DNA of 63,948 bases, the filler included, from Thelocarpon superellum (lineage: Eukaryota): the NCBI GenBank assembly GCA_026025795.1. It is 8 parts of 8 records of this genome, joined end to end, with 100 filler letters (N's around TTAATTAATTAA, not from the genome) between each part and the next. Parts side by side here need not be neighbours in the genome. Positions count along the whole stretch, not along the records: positions 58,416 to 63,948 come from JAPEUG010000704.1; 7 more parts are not named here. One strand, written 5' to 3'. Of the stretch, positions 59,953 to 63,948 are shown piece by piece (the first letter of the stretch is position 1; each line of letters begins with the position of its first letter). The position numbers and the translations under genes were made by a program. The notes below the pieces were generated by a model that was not told the DNA's origin, did no database searches, and saw only the letters and a list, made by a program, of their open reading frames with translations.

Positions 59953-60147
59953 ATGTACTACCCTTCTCTTCTCGTGGCCATCGTCGGCCTGAATGCACTG
60001 CTCGCCACGGCGAACCCGATGGCGCCGGCAAACAGCTACCTCCCGACCGTGGTCTCGACCGTCTCGACCTCTACCGAGACAACGTCACCAGAGGCCATGC
60101 GGTTCCTCATCGAGGTCCTCATTGCCGAACTCGAGGCACGTTCCTGA
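59953..60147 (+). CDS. Small secreted peptide (64 aa), uncharacterised
   Basis: Fungal Kozak context ATCACCATG after a C/A-rich leader. Signal peptide MYYPSLLVAIVGLNALLATA-NP, a Ser/Thr stretch and an amphipathic C-terminal helix. C-ending codon bias. Confidence 0.6.
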   Translation: MYYPSLLVAIVGLNALLATANPMAPANSYLPTVVSTVSTSTETTSPEAMRFLIEVLIAELEARS

Positions 60148-61216
60148 TCAACTCCATCCTCCCGGGCGACGTCTCATCATTCTCGTCTGGCGTCATGACC
60201 CTTGGCCGAATTTCGACTTTCAGCATTCCATGGCCAACCTATTGGCAACTCGGTCGTCAAGTACACACTTGCCGGAGCATCGCGGACTGAATCGTGGCGA
60301 AGTCATGGTCTGAGCAGAAGTGGAAACCCAGAGTGGGACGGAGATCGGTCTGGCTTTTGGTGGTCTATCATCATCTACATGTCATTTTTCGACGAGACGA
60401 GATCGGTGTTGATGGGATCGATCAGCGATGCGTTCGGTGTTAATAGAGAAATGATTGAGCTTGGTCCTTGCAGGGAGCTGACCCGGAAGGGAGCTTCTTT
60501 GCACGCTCGACTTCTGTAGATTGCTCACGGGTGAGAAGACCGGTGTGCATGCACTTGAACAATCGATATCGAAAGATGGCATGAGGAATGCGGTCCCTTG
60601 GGGGCGCTGCTTGAAAAAGAAACCTTTGCTTTGAAGGAACCTTCCGCGTAGTGGCTGATCTCAGTCGGCGGTGTCAAAGCGAGTTCGTAGAGAGCGACAC
60701 GTTCGCCCTCGTCTCCGTACGGTCGGCGAAACGATCCGCGACGCGATCCAAGCGTTTGACGGCGGGAAGCGAGAGCTCCACTCAATTGGAGTCTCCATAC
60801 ACGAGAGCTGGAGGCGCCATTGCGCTCACCGGGCTCCTGATCTCGAACAAACCATACGCATCAGCGGTGATGCCGAATTCGGAGTGACGGTTTGTTTGTC
60901 AATACAACACATCTCCGGACTCAGGTGGCGGAGTTCACCACAAATCCGATGTCTATTTGTTTAGCTGCATCCCCCATCATCTGTCGGAGCGAATCACCGT
61001 GCCCGTCCAGAGTGGGGGCCGCATTGGCTGCGTTAACGCCGAAAGCCACCTTCCCTGTCAGCTGTACGAGTATCAGCCTTAAAGAGGAACTCGGTTCCGT
61101 TACAAGTGACCATGTCGTTGTCGTCGTGTCAGCCCTCGACCGACTTGTGCCGTTGAAGCCATTGACCGCCAGCGATTCACCTTCGTCACTCGCACGACTC
61201 CCCCTAACCAGCCAAC

Positions 61217-63948
61217 ATGAGCGATCCCGCCGATGGACTCGACTGCGAGCCAACGCCCGATGGCGCTGCCGCTCCTCCGCTCGACCCCGCCACCAAAAAG
61301 GCCCGCAAGCAGAATCCACAGAAGACCATCGACGACTTTTGGTCCAAGTTCAACGCCAAGGCGCCCGGCCAAGTCTTGACCATCCTGCCCAATGACTTCT
61401 ACGCCAAGCGGAACCTGAACAACGCCCCCAAAGGCATCATTCCTGGTCATGATGTCGCCGCGTCCTTTGACGAGGCCGTCGCCACGTGCAAGGCCAAGGT
61501 CGAAAAGATCGCCACGGAATGCCGCCGGATCAATCAGAAGTACCGGGACGTCCATTTCGACATCGATATCGACTTGAAGATGCGCTCCTTCTACTGCCTG
61601 AATGGCCTGCTCGCCGACGACCGGGCCCCACCCGCATCGGTGAAGCGTGTCGGGGACATCTTCGAGGATCCGAGCTTCTTCGTGGATGGAACATCCGCCG
61701 ATGACGTGAAGCAAGGCCGGGACGGGGACTGTTGGTTCCTAGCGGCCTTATGCACCCTCTCTAACATGAAGGAATCAGACCTCATCTCGAGGATCTGCGT
61801 GGCACGAGACGAAAGTGAGCCGTCATCCACATCGCATTCAGAGTCCTGCGATTGTCTGCCGTTGCTGACGAAGATGCACAGAGGTTGGCGTCTATGGATT
61901 CGTCTTCTATCGAGGTTCGTCAGCCCGCCGAGGACATGTTGGCCGAAAAGAAGCTGATGAGGGATGGTAGACGGGGAATGGACGTCGACCATCATCGACG
62001 ATAAGCTCTACCTACTCAAGCCTGATTACGATGATCTGAGCTATGATCGGATCGAGTGGGACCAGCAGGGTCGAGATGACGGGGAAGAGAAGTACCGGAA
62101 GACCAAGCAGACGGGCTCGGAAGCCTTGTACTTTGCCCAGTGCAAGGATCAAAACGAGACCTGGCTCCCGCTGTTGGAGAAGGTGTGTTGCGCCGAAAGT
62201 TCGGATCTGGGTTTGGCTGACCGCCGGAAGGCATACGCCAAAGCACATGGAGATTACAGCGCCATCGACGGTGGCTTCGTTGGGTAAGCTCGAGTAAGCT
62301 CGAAGGTGACATCCATTACCCCCTGCTGATCCACCTGGTAGGGAAGCAATTGAAGATCTCACGGGCGGCGTCACCACCGAACTCTTCACCACCGATATCC
62401 TTGACAAGGATAAATTCTGGTCCGACGAGATCATGAATGTGAATCGGGACTTTCTCTTTGGTTGTTTCACCGGGTTATTTGGAGGATGGGGCGAACGAAA
62501 GGGTATCATCGAAGGACATGCGTATTCCATCATGCAGGCCCGGGAAGAAGATGGCAAGAAGCTTGTCCTGCTCAAGTAAGTCTGAACGTGGCGCAGTTGG
62601 CAAGCGCGATCGTTGACCAAAAACAGGAATCCATGGGGACGGTCGGAGTGGACTGGCCCATGGAGTGACGGGTCAAAGGAGTGGACCCCGTATTGGATGG
62701 AGAAACTGGGCCACCGCTTCGGGGATGACGGAGTATGAGCCGTCGAAATCTCTGATCAAAGATCTGTGCTAACGAGTGGCAATGTACAGGCATTCTGGAT
62801 CGAATACCACGATCTTCTCCGAAAGTATCAGCACTTTGATCGGACCCGACTATTCCGTGCTGAGGACGATTGGACCATCACGCAGCAGTGGACAAGCCTG
62901 AGCATTCCGTGGAGTATCGACTACCACGACACCAAGTTCACCATCGAGCTCAAGGAAAAGAGCCCGACGGTGATTGTGCTCTCACAGGTCTGGCCGGGGA
63001 TACCCTTGGTCCGTTTTGGTGTGTGATCACTGATTTTCTTCAGCTCAACGACCGCTATTTCCAAGGATTGGAAGGCCAATACGACTTTGAGCTGCAGTTC
63101 CGCTTGCACCGCGAAGGCGAGGAAGACTATATCGTTCGCAGCCATGGAGGATATCTCATGACTCGGAGCGTCAGTTCCGAAATCGAACTTGATCCAGGCC
63201 GATATTCGGTCTTGATCAAGGTGGTGGGAGTACGTGACTCGGCCAAGGAACGTCCGGAAGAAGTGGTGCGGAAGACATGCAAAGACAAGCGAGAGAAGTT
63301 GCTCCAGATCGGACTGAGTTACGACTTGGCGCATGCCAAGGGCCAGGTTAAGGAGAGCGAGGAAGATCGAAAGAAGCGGGAGGAGAAAGAGGCCAAGGCC
63401 AAGGCCAAGGCCAAGGCCAAGGCGGAGAAGCAGAAAGCGCGAGAGAAGCGAAAGAAGCTAAAGGAGAAGGAAAAGGCACGTCGGACCAAGGAGAAGGAGC
63501 GCAAGAAGAAGCGTAAAGAGCGAGAGCGGAAGAGGAAAGAGAAAGCTCAGGCTAGGCTCAAAGCTCAAGAAGCAGAAAAGGCAACGAAAACGAAGGCGGA
63601 GACGAAGACGGAAATGGTGGATGGGGAAGCAGCTACCGTGACCGAAGCGACGCCAGGGAAAGCTGAAACGAACGGGACACCAGAAAAGGCGGAGGACGCT
63701 ATCACAAAGGCCGCGGACGAAGCTTCATCCACGGTGAACAAAAACGCCACCGAGACCACGCCGGCCACGACAACGACAGCGACAACGACGGAAGCCCAGA
63801 CCGATACCGACGCGCCCAAGACCAAGGGCACCGATCCAGCCAATGCAGAAGCCACGCAGACTGCGGACGACGACAGCGACTCGGACATCTCCGACACAGA
63901 ATCCGAGTCTGAATCGGATGACGATCAGTCCGGTACAGGCGCCGGCGA
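61217..63948 (+). CDS. Calpain-family (C2) cysteine protease, multi-exon, runs past the window end
   Basis: DDVKQGRDGDCWFLAAL (catalytic Cys), DGEWTSTIIDDKL, TWLPLLEK|AYAKAHGDYSAIDGG, EAIEDLTGG, HAYSIM (His), LLK|NPWG (Asn), W.GPWSDGSKEW, domain III VIVLSQ|LNDRYF, then a Lys/Glu-rich coiled coil and an acidic region. Confidence 0.94.

Overview
Eukaryotic DNA from a filamentous ascomycete (Pezizomycotina-type genes, short GT-AG introns with CTRAC branch sites, GC-rich coding sequence). The window is not one chromosome segment. It is eight unrelated contigs joined by an artificial 100-nt spacer (N44-TTAATTAATTAA-N44) and ordered by decreasing length (8279, 8272, 8266, 8242, 8223, 8064 nt for the six complete ones), so neighbourhood only means something within a contig. 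About 24 protein-coding genes are supportable. Contig 1: GPR1/FUN34/YaaH (Ady2-like) transporter and an Argonaute. Contig 2: Est1/SMG7-like protein, adenosine kinase and a Ksp1-like kinase. Contig 3: Hos4-like ankyrin protein, RPS12 and a GID4/VID24 fragment. Contig 4: a GPI wall protein, a DENND11/Anr2-like protein, a mitochondrial PPR protein and Mis12. Contig 5: a ribosomal-L1-domain protein, Tos4-like FHA protein and Hsp88/Sse1. Contig 6: adenylosuccinate synthetase, an FMN alpha-hydroxy-acid oxidase, a membrane protein, an enoyl-CoA isomerase-like protein and an orphan gene. Contig 7: a large repeat-containing wall protein and ethanolamine kinase. Contig 8: a small secreted peptide and a calpain. 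I found no rRNA, tRNA, CRISPR or recognisable transposon, and no clearly new multi-gene system. The best leads are an Argonaute whose glutamate finger is Gln (D-Q-D-H), an oxidase whose PTS1 (-SKL) exists only after splicing of its last intron, a beta-rich tandem-repeat adhesin-like protein, and two orphan genes.
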